Source: Eubacteriales bacterium
GTDB lineage: Bacteria > Bacillota > Clostridia > Oscillospirales > CAG-272
Assembly: GCA_045643865.1 (NCBI GenBank)
Contig: JAZRFU010000071.1
Span: forward strand, 1 to 50,091
DNA length: 50,091 bases
Reading direction: 5' to 3'
Below the pieces are notes generated by a model. That model was not told the DNA's origin, ran no database searches, and worked only from the letters and a program-made list of their open reading frames with translations. Position numbers and translations under genes: made by a program. Shown in pieces: positions 1 through 9,182 of this stretch (position 1 is its first letter; each line of letters begins with the position of its first letter).

Positions 1-528
1 GGTAAACTCGCCCTGCGAATAAAAGCTTATGGTTTCTCCCTCAGGGAGCTCCTCTATAAGCTGTACCTTATACGGCTCATTCTTTTCCGTCATAAGAGCT
101 ATTGCCTCGTCGCGAGGAAGCTCGAATCTCTCGATCTTATGGTTTTCCTTTACTATTTTCTTCATCTCATTCTCGATATTTTTCAAAATGTCGGGGGTAA
201 AGGAAATGTCGCTGTCAAAGTCGTAATAGAATCCCTCATCGATTGCGGGACCTATTGTTAATTTAGTTTCGGGATACAGTCTTTTTACCGCCTGCGCCAA
301 AATATGCGATGCGGTGTGTCTGAAAACATGTGCACCCTCTTTATCTCCAAAGGTAAGCAGCTTAACGTCGCTATCCTTGTCAATAAGATGGGTAAGTGCC
401 ACTACCTCGCCGTTAACGCTTGCCGCAATCACGGAGCGCTCTACCATGCCAAACGCCTCTTTAGCGGCGTCATAAACCGTAACGGGAGAACTGAATTCAA
501 AAGAATCAGAATTGAAATTGATCTTCAT
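1..528 (-). CDS. thrS: Threonyl-tRNA synthetase, N-terminal part (gene continues beyond the window start)
   Basis: Not in the ORF track because it runs off the edge. My minus-strand translation from the ATG at 528 (RBS AAAGGTG upstream) gives MKINFNSDSFEFSSPVTVYDAAKEAFG...FRHTASHILAQAVKRLYPETKLTIGPAIDEGFYYDFD...ISFYSQGEFT. This is the typical ThrRS TGS plus second additional domain. The frame is open to base 1. Confidence 0.9.
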   Translation of the reverse strand, partial: MKINFNSDSFEFSSPVTVYDAAKEAFGMVERSVIAASVNGEVVALTHLIDKDSDVKLLTFGDKEGAHVFRHTASHILAQAVKRLYPETKLTIGPAIDEGFYYDFDSDISFTPDILKNIENEMKKIVKENHKIERFELPRDEAIALMTEKNEPYKVQLIEELPEGETISFYSQGEFT

Positions 529-544
529 TTGTTACACCTTTTCC

Positions 545-745
545 TTTTACAATAATATGTTTTGATTTATTAAAATACTAAAAAAATTGCACCCCGACAC
601 TACAAACGTGTCGGGGTGCAAATAATGCACGGTTCCACCCGAGCTTTAACTCATTAATATTAAATTAGAGCGCAAAAGTGGTATTCTATACCTGGGCAAG
701 AAAAACTTTCACCGTTTGTTTTCTCTCTGTGCTTGTCCGTCAGTA
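545..745 (-). promoter_or_regulatory. T-box riboswitch leader of thrS (Thr specifier ACC proposed) with terminator/antiterminator
   Basis: On the minus strand there is a conserved T-box sequence AGCUCGGGUGGAACCGUGC (about 627-645). It overlaps the 5' side of a strong terminator hairpin, GCACCCCGACAC-N7-GUGUCGGGGUGC (589-619), followed by a U7 tract (580-586). An upstream stem-I-like AGAGA / GGUGAAAG segment is present, and AUACCAC could supply an ACC specifier codon. Confidence 0.75.
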
Positions 746-774
746 TAAAACGTGTCTTTTGTGTTTTGATTGGA

Positions 775-1206
775 TCACTTTCTGTTATATGCGGATCTGG
801 GATTTACAAGCTCTCTCCAATCGAGATCGCCTCTGTCGAGCGCCATAATAATGACCTCGGCAGTTGCAATGTTTGTTGCTACGGGAACATTGTATCTATC
901 GCACGCCAAAAGCAGCTCGCGCTCTATTTTGTCGTGCTCGGAATATTCACCGGATGTGGAGCGGGTATCACGGAAATAGAGCAATACGTCTATTTCATTA
1001 TAAGCCACTCTGGAAGCTATCTGCTCCTCACCGCCCTGCTCTCCGCTGAGCAGCTTTTCAATGTTCAAGCCGGTTGCTTCGGATATATATTTAGCCGTTA
1101 TTCCCGTCGCGCATATATTATGCTTACTGAGAATACCGCAATACGCAATACAAAACTGAGTTATAAGCTCTTTTTTCACATCATGCGCTATAATTGCTAT
1201 TTCCAT
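775..1206 (-). CDS. mgsA: Methylglyoxal synthase
   Basis: The 143-aa product MEIAIIAHDVKKELITQFCIAYCGILSKHNICATGITAKYISEATGLNIEKLLSGEQGGEEQI matches the MgsA signature (IALIAHDxKK ... ATGTTG ... SGPxGGDQQI). RBS is GGAGGG. Confidence 0.85.
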   Translation of the reverse strand: MEIAIIAHDVKKELITQFCIAYCGILSKHNICATGITAKYISEATGLNIEKLLSGEQGGEEQIASRVAYNEIDVLLYFRDTRSTSGEYSEHDKIERELLLACDRYNVPVATNIATAEVIIMALDRGDLDWRELVNPRSAYNRK

Positions 1207-1251
1207 TACTAATTATCCCTCCATTCAATGAATCCTTATAACTTTGACAAC

Positions 1252-1280
1252 ATTATATCATACTTTGTTTTTTTTGTCAA
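1252..1280 (-). promoter_or_regulatory. Sigma-A type promoter for mgsA
   Basis: Minus strand reads TTGACA (1275-1280), a 17-nt spacer ending in TGa, then TATAAT (1252-1257). Confidence 0.5.
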
Positions 1281-1344
1281 TGCTATCGGGGATATTTTTT
1301 GATATATTTTTCATTTTAAGACGATTATTTTTCACTGGATCAAA

Positions 1345-1851
1345 TCACTCTTTACCCGCTTTTTTATTACAGGTGGAGCAAACGTGTTCCTTGCCTGCTT
1401 CCTCCGCCTCATTCACCGTTCCAAACAAAACGTTCTGCGAATTTTTCAGATGTCCGCAATCGCGGTAAAGATGCCATACGCTGCCACTTTCAGTCCAGTA
1501 AACCGTATCTCCGATCTTTACCTCGGATTCCGTTTCACTATCCTTCTCAGACAATGAAGAACCGGAATCATTCTTCGAGTCAGACTCATTCTCCGTATCG
1601 GATTTTTCCTCCGACTCGCTTGTTTCTTCAGTTGGGCTGCTTTCAACGTGACTTGTCTCCTCATTGTCCGCCTCACTTGTCGTTTCCTCTGTTTTAAGCA
1701 CCTCATTCTTGATCTCTGATATACGTTCGGAATTCAAGAGATCTCCACCCTGCAAATTGCCCGCAGATTCATCGAATTCACAGGCACACAAGCCAAATAT
1801 CAGCAATGCGGTCAACGATATTACAATCAAGGATTTATATATAGCTTTCAT
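1345..1851 (-). CDS. Predicted lipoprotein with an acidic S/E/T-rich linker and a C-terminal His/Cys metal-binding-like motif
   Basis: Signal peptide plus lipobox MKAIYKSLIVISLTALLIFGLCAC. Low-complexity segment ETTSEADNEETSHVESSPTEETSESEEKSDTENESDS. C-terminal motif VYWTESGSVWHLYRDCGHLKNSQNVLFGTVNEAEEAGKEHVCSTC. Confidence 0.7.
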   Translation of the reverse strand: MKAIYKSLIVISLTALLIFGLCACEFDESAGNLQGGDLLNSERISEIKNEVLKTEETTSEADNEETSHVESSPTEETSESEEKSDTENESDSKNDSGSSLSEKDSETESEVKIGDTVYWTESGSVWHLYRDCGHLKNSQNVLFGTVNEAEEAGKEHVCSTCNKKAGKE

Positions 1852-1869
1852 TTTATTACCTCTCCGTGC

Positions 1870-2775
1870 TTATCTTTCAGCGAGCATGCGCTCAAGAATA
1901 TCCATTTTGTTTCCTGAAAACTCATACGCGCCCTTATAGTCATTGATGTATTTACAACACATTTCCATATCCATACATGCAAAATACAGCAATAATCTGG
2001 GCGGAACAGTCTCGCCGTCTATCAGCTCGTTAAGAATAGAGATGGCGTGCCTATAGTCACCCTGCATCATACATTTGCGCGCTTTGAGATGGGACACAAA
2101 AAGCTTATCGCAAGAGTTTTCACTTAAATCATCGACGGTAATATACGATATAATATCCGTATTTCTTTCCATATTGAGTAAAAGCGTTATATATTTACAA
2201 AATACGTCGTCAAAAAAGAACGGACTTGTCAGTCCATCGGGAATATCAGTATCTATCTCATTGGAGTCCAACGCTGGAGATATTTCCTTTAACAGCTTGA
2301 ACATAGCGAGTATTCTATTTCTTTGTATCAGCGTTGTATATACCGTTTTGTCCGAATGTATCAGCGCCTCATCCAAAAGCTCGCTTGCAACGTGAAGCTG
2401 ACCGTTTTTTATACATTCCTCCGCCTGCCCGATACAGCAATCAGTCAAAATAAGCTCAAGCTCGTCATCATATTCGTCAAACGATGATTCGCACATATCC
2501 CTGCAAAGCTCGAAGCTTTTATCAGCATACGCGCGCTTTATATTTCGCATAGCGGCGGTCTTGGTGTACAAGAATTCCTCATCGCCATCGCTCAAAAGAT
2601 ATCCCGCGGGCACACCGAGCTTTTTAGCAAGATACGACACTGTTGATATGGACGGATTAGCTCCTCCGTTCTCTATCTGGCTGAGCATATTTCTTGTAAT
2701 TGCCGTGCCTGCCAGTTCGCTTTGAGTCATCATTTTTTCTATTCGCAAGTTCTTTATTTTTTGTCCTATATTCAT
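1870..2775 (-). CDS. XRE-family helix-turn-helix transcriptional regulator with a long helical C-terminal domain
   Basis: N-terminus IGQKIKNLRIEKMMTQSELAGTAITRNMLSQIENGGANPSISTVSYLAKKLGVPAGYLL is a canonical Cro/C1-type HTH. About 230 further residues follow with no obvious enzymatic motif. The gene sits 18 nt upstream of the lipoprotein gene. Confidence 0.8.
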   Translation of the reverse strand: MNIGQKIKNLRIEKMMTQSELAGTAITRNMLSQIENGGANPSISTVSYLAKKLGVPAGYLLSDGDEEFLYTKTAAMRNIKRAYADKSFELCRDMCESSFDEYDDELELILTDCCIGQAEECIKNGQLHVASELLDEALIHSDKTVYTTLIQRNRILAMFKLLKEISPALDSNEIDTDIPDGLTSPFFFDDVFCKYITLLLNMERNTDIISYITVDDLSENSCDKLFVSHLKARKCMMQGDYRHAISILNELIDGETVPPRLLLYFACMDMEMCCKYINDYKGAYEFSGNKMDILERMLAER

Positions 2776-2894
2776 AAAAAAAGACCCTCACTTTTTTACC
2801 GTTGGTAAATATAATTTACTATCATTGAAATTATAACACAAATCTTGCACATTTTCAATACGTTGTCAAAATTTTTCAAAATATATTTTTTCAT

Positions 2895-2928
2895 GACAAA
2901 AGCGGCTCCGATTTCGGAGCCGCTTTTC
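2895..2928 (-). terminator. Rho-independent terminator downstream of the ABC ATPase gene
   Basis: AAAGCGGCUCCG-N4-CGGAGCCGCUUU hairpin, followed on the minus strand by UUUUG. Confidence 0.6.
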
Positions 2929-2944
2929 GTGATATTCTATTTTA

Positions 2945-4057
2945 TCAGTGAACGATGCACTTTTCAGTATCCTTATCAAAGATATGCATTCTTGCAGTAT
3001 CAAGCGCAACCTTGATGGTGTCTCCTGCGCGAGATGTAGATCTGGGAGATACGCGAGCGGTGAGCTTGGTTTCTCCTATAACGAGATAGAGATAAATCTC
3101 CGCGCCCATAAGCTCGGTCACCTCAACGTAAGCGTCAACGGTGCTGTTCTCAAGAGCAGCTATCTGTGCGGGCTGGTCGTGAATGCTTTCGGGACGAATA
3201 CCTACAACGACCTCCTGTCCAATATATTCCTGAAGCTCGGGAGCGCTTGCCTTGTCGGCAGGAACCTTTATGGAGTTACCTTCAAATTCAAAATAGAGAT
3301 CGTCGCCCTTCTTAACGAGGTTACCGTTAATGAAGTTCATCTGGGGTGTTCCGATAAATCCTGCAACGAACATATTTACAGGGTTATCATAAAGATGCTG
3401 AGGAGTATCTACCTGTTGGATAAGACCGTCCTTCATAACTACGATTCTCGTAGCCATCGTCATTGCCTCTACCTGGTCGTGAGTAACGTAAACGAACGTT
3501 GTTTCAACTCTCTGGTGAAGCTTTGTAAGCTCGGTTCTCATCGTTGCACGAAGCTTTGCATCAAGGTTAGAAAGCGGCTCGTCAAGAAGGAATACCTTGG
3601 GGTTACGAACTATTGCACGTCCAAGTGCAACACGCTGCTTCTGACCTCCGGAAAGCGCCTTGGGCTTTCTGTCAAGAAGGTGAGTTATATCAAGAATTCT
3701 TGCTGCTTCTTCAACGCGTCTCTTGATCTCCTCCTTCGGGGTCTTGTTGAGCTTAAGACCGAACGCCATGTTCTCGGAAACGGTCATGTGAGGATAGAGC
3801 GCGTAGTTCTGGAACACCATCGCGATCTTTCTGTCCTTAGGCGCAACGTCGTTAACGAGCTGGTCGCCGATAAAGAGTTCTCCCTCAGAGATCTCCTCGA
3901 GGCCTGCGATCATACGCAGGGTTGTAGATTTACCGCATCCGGAAGGACCAACGAGAACTATAAATTCCTTGTCCTTTATTTCAAGGTTAAAATCCGAAAC
4001 GGCGGTTACACCACCGGGGTACTTTTTATAAATGTGTCTGAGCGACAAGCTTGCCAT
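2945..4057 (-). CDS. Sugar ABC transporter ATP-binding protein (MsmK/MalK/UgpC type)
   Basis: Walker A GPSGCGKST, signature LSGGQKQRVALGRA, Walker B FLLDEPLSNLD, plus a C-terminal TOBE-like regulatory domain. I moved the start to M17 (ATG at 4057) because AGGAGG lies 8 nt upstream and the product then begins MASLSLRHIYKKY. Confidence 0.9.
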   Translation of the reverse strand: MASLSLRHIYKKYPGGVTAVSDFNLEIKDKEFIVLVGPSGCGKSTTLRMIAGLEEISEGELFIGDQLVNDVAPKDRKIAMVFQNYALYPHMTVSENMAFGLKLNKTPKEEIKRRVEEAARILDITHLLDRKPKALSGGQKQRVALGRAIVRNPKVFLLDEPLSNLDAKLRATMRTELTKLHQRVETTFVYVTHDQVEAMTMATRIVVMKDGLIQQVDTPQHLYDNPVNMFVAGFIGTPQMNFINGNLVKKGDDLYFEFEGNSIKVPADKASAPELQEYIGQEVVVGIRPESIHDQPAQIAALENSTVDAYVEVTELMGAEIYLYLVIGETKLTARVSPRSTSRAGDTIKVALDTARMHIFDKDTEKCIVH

Positions 4058-4249
4058 ACTGTTTATTCCTCCTGATCTGTGGCCGCGAGGACAAAGCCCC
4101 GCCATTATTTAACATTATAATTTTACCAAAAAAACGTCAAAATTAAAAGAGTATTATTAGCCAAAAATATCATAATTTTTTTGTACATTTTGCACAAAAA
4201 TGTCATATTCGACTAACTTTCATAAAATCCGACGCAATATGGCACGTTT

Positions 4250-6403
4250 TTACAGCTTCATAGTGAGAGATATTCTCTTCTTTTTAACGTCAACCGCCAA
4301 AACCTTTACCTTTACTATGTCGCCTACCGACAGCACCTCGCTGGGATGCTTGATATATTTGTCGCATATCTGCGATATATGAACAAGACCGTCCTGATGA
4401 ACACCGATGTCCACAAATGCGCCAAAATCTATTACGTTTCTTACCGTACCCGTAAGCTCCATATCGGGCTTAAGATCCTCAAGGTCAAGTATATCGTCGC
4501 GAAGAATGGGCGCGGGCAAGGAATCACGAACGTCACGTCCCGGCTTTTCAAGCTCTCCTATTATATCAACGAGAGTAGGTTCACCTATATTCAACGCCTC
4601 GCAAACCGCCTTTGTTCCCTTTTTCTGAACGTTTGCGCGAAGACCGCCAAGACGGTTGTTCTTGGCATCGTCAGCCGTGTATCCGAACATGCCCAAAAGC
4701 GCCTTTGCCGCATCGTAAGATTCGGGATGCACTCCCGTATTGTCGAGTATTTCCTTGGAGTTTGGTACGCGCAAAAATCCCGCGCACTGCTCAAACGCCT
4801 TATCTCCTATTCTCGGTACCTTTTTGATCTGCGCTCTGGATGTAAATTCGCCGTTTTCCTCACGGTATTTTACAATATTTTTAGCGCTCGTTATATTGAT
4901 ACCGGATATATAGGAAAGCAACGAATAGGAAGCAGTATTTACATCTACTCCAACGGAGTTTACACAATCCTCAACAACTCCCGTCAGCGCCGTGTCAAGT
5001 CTCGCGGGCTTCATATCGTGCTGATACTGACCTACTCCTATGGATTTGGGATCTATCTTTACAAGCTCAGCCAAGGGATCCTGCAATCTTCTCGCGATGG
5101 AGACCGCAGATCTCTGCATTACGTCGTAGTCGGGAAATTCCTCGGTTGCCAGCTTTGACGCCGAATAGATAGACGCGCCTGCCTCGCTGACAACGATATA
5201 TTTACAGTTTGCTTCGGGAATTTCCTTGAGCAGATTAGCAATAAATATTTCACTTTCCTTTGACGCGGTTCCGTTTCCTATGGCTATTACATCAATGCCG
5301 TGCTTGCGTATAAGCCCCTTGACTATTCTCGTCGCTTCCTCGATTCTCTGTCTGGGCTTTGTGGGATACACGACCGCCGTATCAAGCACCTTACCCGTTT
5401 TATCTACGACCGCCAGCTTACATCCGTTAACGTATCCGGGGTCAAATCCAAGCACGGTCTTTCCCTTTATGGGAGACTGCATAAGCAGATGTCCGAGATT
5501 GTCCGAAAACACCTTTATAGCGCCCTCTGATGCATTGTCGAACATATCGTTTCTTATTTCGCGCTCTATTGACGGTGCAATAAGGCGTTCATAACCGTCA
5601 ACCACTGCTGCGGAAACATGCTTATATGCAGGACTTGCCGGCTCGGTTACAACGCAATTAAGAAGATAATTGAGCACGATATCCGCAGATATTTCAACGC
5701 TTACCTTCAAAAATTCTTCCTTTTCACCTCTGTTGATAGCAAGTATTCTGTGACCGGGGATTTTCTTAAGCGGCTCGCTGTATTCATAGTATTGAGCATA
5801 CACCGAGTCCTCCTCCTTCGCCTTGACTACGTTGAGCACACCATACTCAAACGTCTGTGCACGCAAGGATTTTCGGTATTCGGCATTATCGGATACTTCC
5901 TCGGCAATAATGTCGCGCGCACCTGCAAGAGCGCTTTCAACATCGGGAACCTCCTTCTCTGCATCAACAAAAGCAAGCGCCGCCTCCTCAATAGAGGGAG
6001 AATACTCCATTCTCTGCTCCATGATAAGCTTAGCAAGGTCCTCCAGTCCTCTTTCCCTTGCAACCGACGCTCTCGTCTTTCTCTTGGGTCTGAATGGACG
6101 GTATATATCATCAACCTCCGTGATGGTCTTGGCATTGAGTATCGCCTGCTCTATTTCGGGAGTAAGCTTTCCTTGCGCCTCAATAAGATTTTTGACCTCT
6201 TCCTTGCGCTTTTCAATATTGCGGAGATATTCGAGTCGGTCGTTGAGATCGCGCAGAATAGCGTCATCAAGACTGCCCGTAACCTCTTTTCTGTAACGCG
6301 CAATAAACGGAATTGTATCTCCGTTATCTATCATTTCAACCGTTTTGGACACCTGATCCTCACGAAGCTTGAATTCCTGCGCCAATGCTTTGATAATATC
6401 CAT
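4250..6403 (-). CDS. tex: Tex-like transcription accessory protein with an S1 RNA-binding domain
   Basis: 717 aa. The N-terminus LAQEFKLREDQVSKTVEMIDNGDTIPFIARYRKEVTGSLDD is the Tex signature. YqgF-like and HhH regions are present, with a C-terminal S1 domain (GTVRNVIDFGAFVDIG). Confidence 0.9.
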   Translation of the reverse strand: MDIIKALAQEFKLREDQVSKTVEMIDNGDTIPFIARYRKEVTGSLDDAILRDLNDRLEYLRNIEKRKEEVKNLIEAQGKLTPEIEQAILNAKTITEVDDIYRPFRPKRKTRASVARERGLEDLAKLIMEQRMEYSPSIEEAALAFVDAEKEVPDVESALAGARDIIAEEVSDNAEYRKSLRAQTFEYGVLNVVKAKEEDSVYAQYYEYSEPLKKIPGHRILAINRGEKEEFLKVSVEISADIVLNYLLNCVVTEPASPAYKHVSAAVVDGYERLIAPSIEREIRNDMFDNASEGAIKVFSDNLGHLLMQSPIKGKTVLGFDPGYVNGCKLAVVDKTGKVLDTAVVYPTKPRQRIEEATRIVKGLIRKHGIDVIAIGNGTASKESEIFIANLLKEIPEANCKYIVVSEAGASIYSASKLATEEFPDYDVMQRSAVSIARRLQDPLAELVKIDPKSIGVGQYQHDMKPARLDTALTGVVEDCVNSVGVDVNTASYSLLSYISGINITSAKNIVKYREENGEFTSRAQIKKVPRIGDKAFEQCAGFLRVPNSKEILDNTGVHPESYDAAKALLGMFGYTADDAKNNRLGGLRANVQKKGTKAVCEALNIGEPTLVDIIGELEKPGRDVRDSLPAPILRDDILDLEDLKPDMELTGTVRNVIDFGAFVDIGVHQDGLVHISQICDKYIKHPSEVLSVGDIVKVKVLAVDVKKKRISLTMKL

Positions 6404-6429
6404 TTTTTCTCCTATCTTATATGTTCAAA

Positions 6430-7161
6430 TTAATCTACACTATTATTTTTAGTTGCCGCCACTCCGCGCGCCTCAAGAGCCGACTGCTCCTCTTGCGTCA
6501 AATGTCGCCACTCGCCGCGAGGCAGCTCTCTGTCAAGCAGTATCGGTCCAAACGACACCCTCTCAAGGAATGTGATCTGATTGTGCACCGCCTCTGCCAT
6601 GAGCTTGATCTGGTGGTATTTCCCCTCTGTCAAGGTGATATATCCGCTTCGCTCGTCGATCATTTCCACCTTGCACGGCGCGGTAATATATCCGTCGATA
6701 TCAACTCCGTGTTCCAGCTCGTAGACATCGTCATGACTTATGGGGAACTTCACGTTGAAATAGTATTTTTTATCAACGTGGTTCTTGGGAGATAAAAGCT
6801 TATGTGAAAGCGGACCGTTATTGGTCAAGATCATAAGACCGAGCGTGTTTTTATCCAGCCGTCCGCATGGAAAAAGCCCTATTTTCTGCAGTTCCTGCGG
6901 AAGAAGCTCCAACACCGTAGGACTTTTGTCGTCGCTTCTGGCACTGACATATCCGTCGGGCTTATTGAGCATTATATAAGTGAATTCGCGGTAAACAACC
7001 TGCTTCCCGCAATAAGTGACTATGTCACACACGGGGTCTATGTGTCCGCTGGCACGTCTGACGGTCTGCCCGTTAACTGTGACTGCACCTTGCTTTGCCG
7101 CTTTGGCGATCTCTGTTCGAGAGGCAAGCCCCGAATCGACGATAAATTTATCCAAACGCAT
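6430..7161 (-). CDS. rsuA: RsuA/RluB-family rRNA pseudouridine synthase
   Basis: An S4 domain begins at MRLDKFIVDSGLASRTEIAKAAKQGAVTVNG, and the catalytic motif is GRLDKNTLGLMILTNNG. The start is placed at internal M37 (ATG 7161) because the 36-aa extension in the ORF track has no family counterpart. The subfamily (RsuA versus RluB/F) is uncertain. Confidence 0.75.
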   Translation of the reverse strand: MRLDKFIVDSGLASRTEIAKAAKQGAVTVNGQTVRRASGHIDPVCDIVTYCGKQVVYREFTYIMLNKPDGYVSARSDDKSPTVLELLPQELQKIGLFPCGRLDKNTLGLMILTNNGPLSHKLLSPKNHVDKKYYFNVKFPISHDDVYELEHGVDIDGYITAPCKVEMIDERSGYITLTEGKYHQIKLMAEAVHNQITFLERVSFGPILLDRELPRGEWRHLTQEEQSALEARGVAATKNNSVD

Positions 7162-7333
7162 TTCTTTTTTCTTTCCGTACAATAAGTTTAGCATACATAT
7201 GCTATTTACTATTATACCATATTTTCGTCTCTTTGTAAATAGAATTATTTTCGCATTTTCGGTTTTCACGGGACAAAAGCGGCGCCACCGCGGCGTATAA
7301 TTGTAAACAATATGTTAACGAGATGTTGATTTG

Positions 7334-7362
7334 TTGACAATGCAAAATATATAAGTTATAAT
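7334..7362 (+). promoter_or_regulatory. Sigma-A consensus promoter for the acyl-CoA synthetase gene
   Basis: TTGACA (7334-7339), a 17-nt spacer, then TATAAT (7357-7362), about 60 nt upstream of the ATG. Confidence 0.55.
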
Positions 7363-7421
7363 TAATTAGTTTAGAATGAATAAATGCTTGCGCTGCAAAG
7401 CAACGAAAAGGAGAATCATTC

Positions 7422-9140
7422 ATGAGTAAAATTCCAAACAGAAAGCGCCTTATCCGCACACTCCCACACGTATGGGACGTTAATGATCTTCTCGAAAACA
7501 TAAGATCTCACGGTGACAAGACCGCTTACAAATATTTTGAAAACGGCAAGCTCAAAGAGATGACCTATGCCGAATTTTACAATATGGTAGAGCGTGTAAC
7601 AGCCGCATTTGATAAGATGGAGCTTTCCGGCAAACGTGTTGCCGTTATAGGCGATACGTCGCCCCAATGGATAGCTACCTATATCGGAGCATTGGCTGCG
7701 GGCACGGTAATTATCCCCATGGACAAGGAGCTTGCTCTCCCCGAAATAGAAAAGTTCCTTACCATAGTAGAGGCGGACGGTATAGTTTACTCCAAGTCCT
7801 TCAATGAAAAGTTTGTAACAACCATTGGATCTCACCCGACTCTCAAGTATTTCATTCCGATAAGCGCAGATTACGATTCGTCTTTCTCCCAAAAGGTGCT
7901 TCCCTATGCAGATTTTCTCAATATAGGTCAGGCGGCGCTTGATGACGGATATACTATAAAGGCGGTGGGGAACCGTGATGCTATGTGTGAGATGCTGTTC
8001 ACGTCGGGAACCACTGGAACCAGCAAGTGTGTTATGCTCTCGCAAAAAAATATTTTTGCGGCGGTAAGCGCAGCAATAGATACCGTTTGCTTTACCTCTG
8101 ATGACGTTATAGTGTCCGTATTGCCCGTGCATCACACCTACGAGCTTATGTGCCTGCTCGCAGAGCTTGTATTCGGTATGACCACCTGCATAAACGATTC
8201 GCTTCGTCACGTTATGAAGAACTTCAAGCTCTTCAAGCCCACGGGCCTTGTTCTTGTGCCCATGTTCCTTAACACTATGTATAAGAAAATATGGTCGGAA
8301 GCAGAAAGAACCGGACGCGACGGCGCGCTCAAGGCAGGACTCGTTGCATCGAGAAACCTTATGCGAGTCGGAATTGATGTGCGTAAAAAGGTCTTCAAGT
8401 CCGTGCGTGACGCATTTGGCGGAGAGCTTGACCACATTATATGTGGCGGTGCAAAGCTTAACCCTGAGCTTATAGTTGCCTTTGAGGAATTCGGAATTTC
8501 GGTATTTGAGGGCTTTGGCATCACAGAATGCTCCCCCTTGGTTTCCGTAACTCCTTATTATGCAAGAAAGCTCGGCGCTATAGGCCCCTCTGTTCCCTGC
8601 TGCCGTGTTCGCATAGATCCCAACGGCGAGCAGACCGATGATGGATATGATATTGGAGAGATACAGGTAAAGGGCGACAACGTAATGCTTGGATATTACA
8701 ACAACCCCGAAGCTAATGCAGAGGTATTCACAAATGACGGCTGGTTCAAAACAGGTGACGTTGGATACGTCGATTCCGACGGATACATATACGTCACCGG
8801 ACGTATAAAATTCGTCATCGTGCTTGAAAACGGTAAGAACGTATTCCCTGAGGAGATCGAAGAATATCTTGATACCATAGACACGATCAGTGAATGCTGT
8901 GTCGTAGGCAGAAAGAGCGACGACAGTGACGAGATAATCCTCACCGCAGTCGTATATCCCGATTTCTCCAAGTTCCCCGAGAACGCCGACGAGGACTCCG
9001 TAAAGGAAGTTATCCGCAAGGCGATCAACACCACCAACAAAAAGCTGCCGACGTATAAGCAGATAAAATCGGTCGAGATCAGAAAAACAGAATTCGAAAA
9101 AACCACTACCAAAAAGATCAAGCGTCAGCTTGTAAAATAA
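7422..9140 (+). CDS. AMP-dependent long-chain acyl-CoA synthetase / ligase
   Basis: AMP-binding motif LFTSGTTGTSKCVMLS, and later GWFKTGDVGYVDSDGYIYVTGRIK. The 572-aa length is typical of FadD-like enzymes. Confidence 0.85.
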   Translation: MSKIPNRKRLIRTLPHVWDVNDLLENIRSHGDKTAYKYFENGKLKEMTYAEFYNMVERVTAAFDKMELSGKRVAVIGDTSPQWIATYIGALAAGTVIIPMDKELALPEIEKFLTIVEADGIVYSKSFNEKFVTTIGSHPTLKYFIPISADYDSSFSQKVLPYADFLNIGQAALDDGYTIKAVGNRDAMCEMLFTSGTTGTSKCVMLSQKNIFAAVSAAIDTVCFTSDDVIVSVLPVHHTYELMCLLAELVFGMTTCINDSLRHVMKNFKLFKPTGLVLVPMFLNTMYKKIWSEAERTGRDGALKAGLVASRNLMRVGIDVRKKVFKSVRDAFGGELDHIICGGAKLNPELIVAFEEFGISVFEGFGITECSPLVSVTPYYARKLGAIGPSVPCCRVRIDPNGEQTDDGYDIGEIQVKGDNVMLGYYNNPEANAEVFTNDGWFKTGDVGYVDSDGYIYVTGRIKFVIVLENGKNVFPEEIEEYLDTIDTISECCVVGRKSDDSDEIILTAVVYPDFSKFPENADEDSVKEVIRKAINTTNKKLPTYKQIKSVEIRKTEFEKTTTKKIKRQLVK

Positions 9141-9142
9141 AC

Positions 9143-9176
9143 AAAAAATCCCGACGGATCACCGTCGGGATTTTTT
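9143..9176. terminator. Bidirectional rho-independent terminator between convergent genes
   Basis: AAAAAAUCCCGACGG-N5-CCGUCGGGAUUUUUU, with A/T tracts on both sides. Confidence 0.7.
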
Positions 9177-9182
9177 GTATTA

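Noticed and set aside
29-555. Plus-strand ORFs 29..226 and 304..555 at the window start.
   Set aside because: They lie antisense to a clearly recognisable thrS N-terminus (minus strand, 1-528), have no RBS and have low-complexity, odd composition. They are artefacts of the opposite-strand gene.
2948-4075. A 375-aa plus-strand ORF opposite the sugar ABC ATPase. Similar long antisense ORFs occur at 7416..8435(-), 22617..23918(-), 28504..29637(+), 36893..37717(-), 4346..5158(+) and 5618..6433(+).
   Set aside because: Each overlaps a gene with unmistakable family motifs on the other strand. The antisense translations are rich in Leu/Arg/Ser/Cys with no motifs, which is typical of shadow ORFs.
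4058-4105. N-terminal extensions offered by the ORF track for the ABC ATPase. Analogous extensions occur for the pseudouridine synthase (7162-7269), the DUF5685-like gene (22305-22367), dat (17757-17819), the PHP gene (29726-29932), the rluA-family gene (33974-34021), the heparinase-like gene (14211-14246) and ABC1 (44696-44722).
   Set aside because: In each case an internal ATG is preceded by a strong AGGAGG-type RBS at proper spacing, and the protein family's conserved N-terminus begins there. The extensions run into promoter or intergenic sequence.
4106-4249. A possible catabolite-responsive (cre) or LacI-type operator near TGTACATTTTGCACAAAAATGTCA, upstream of the sugar ABC ATPase gene.
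   Set aside because: The near-palindrome lacks the central CG and the spacing of the cre consensus. The adjacent TTGACG/TATAAT pair has only a 15-nt spacer. I could not support a specific call.
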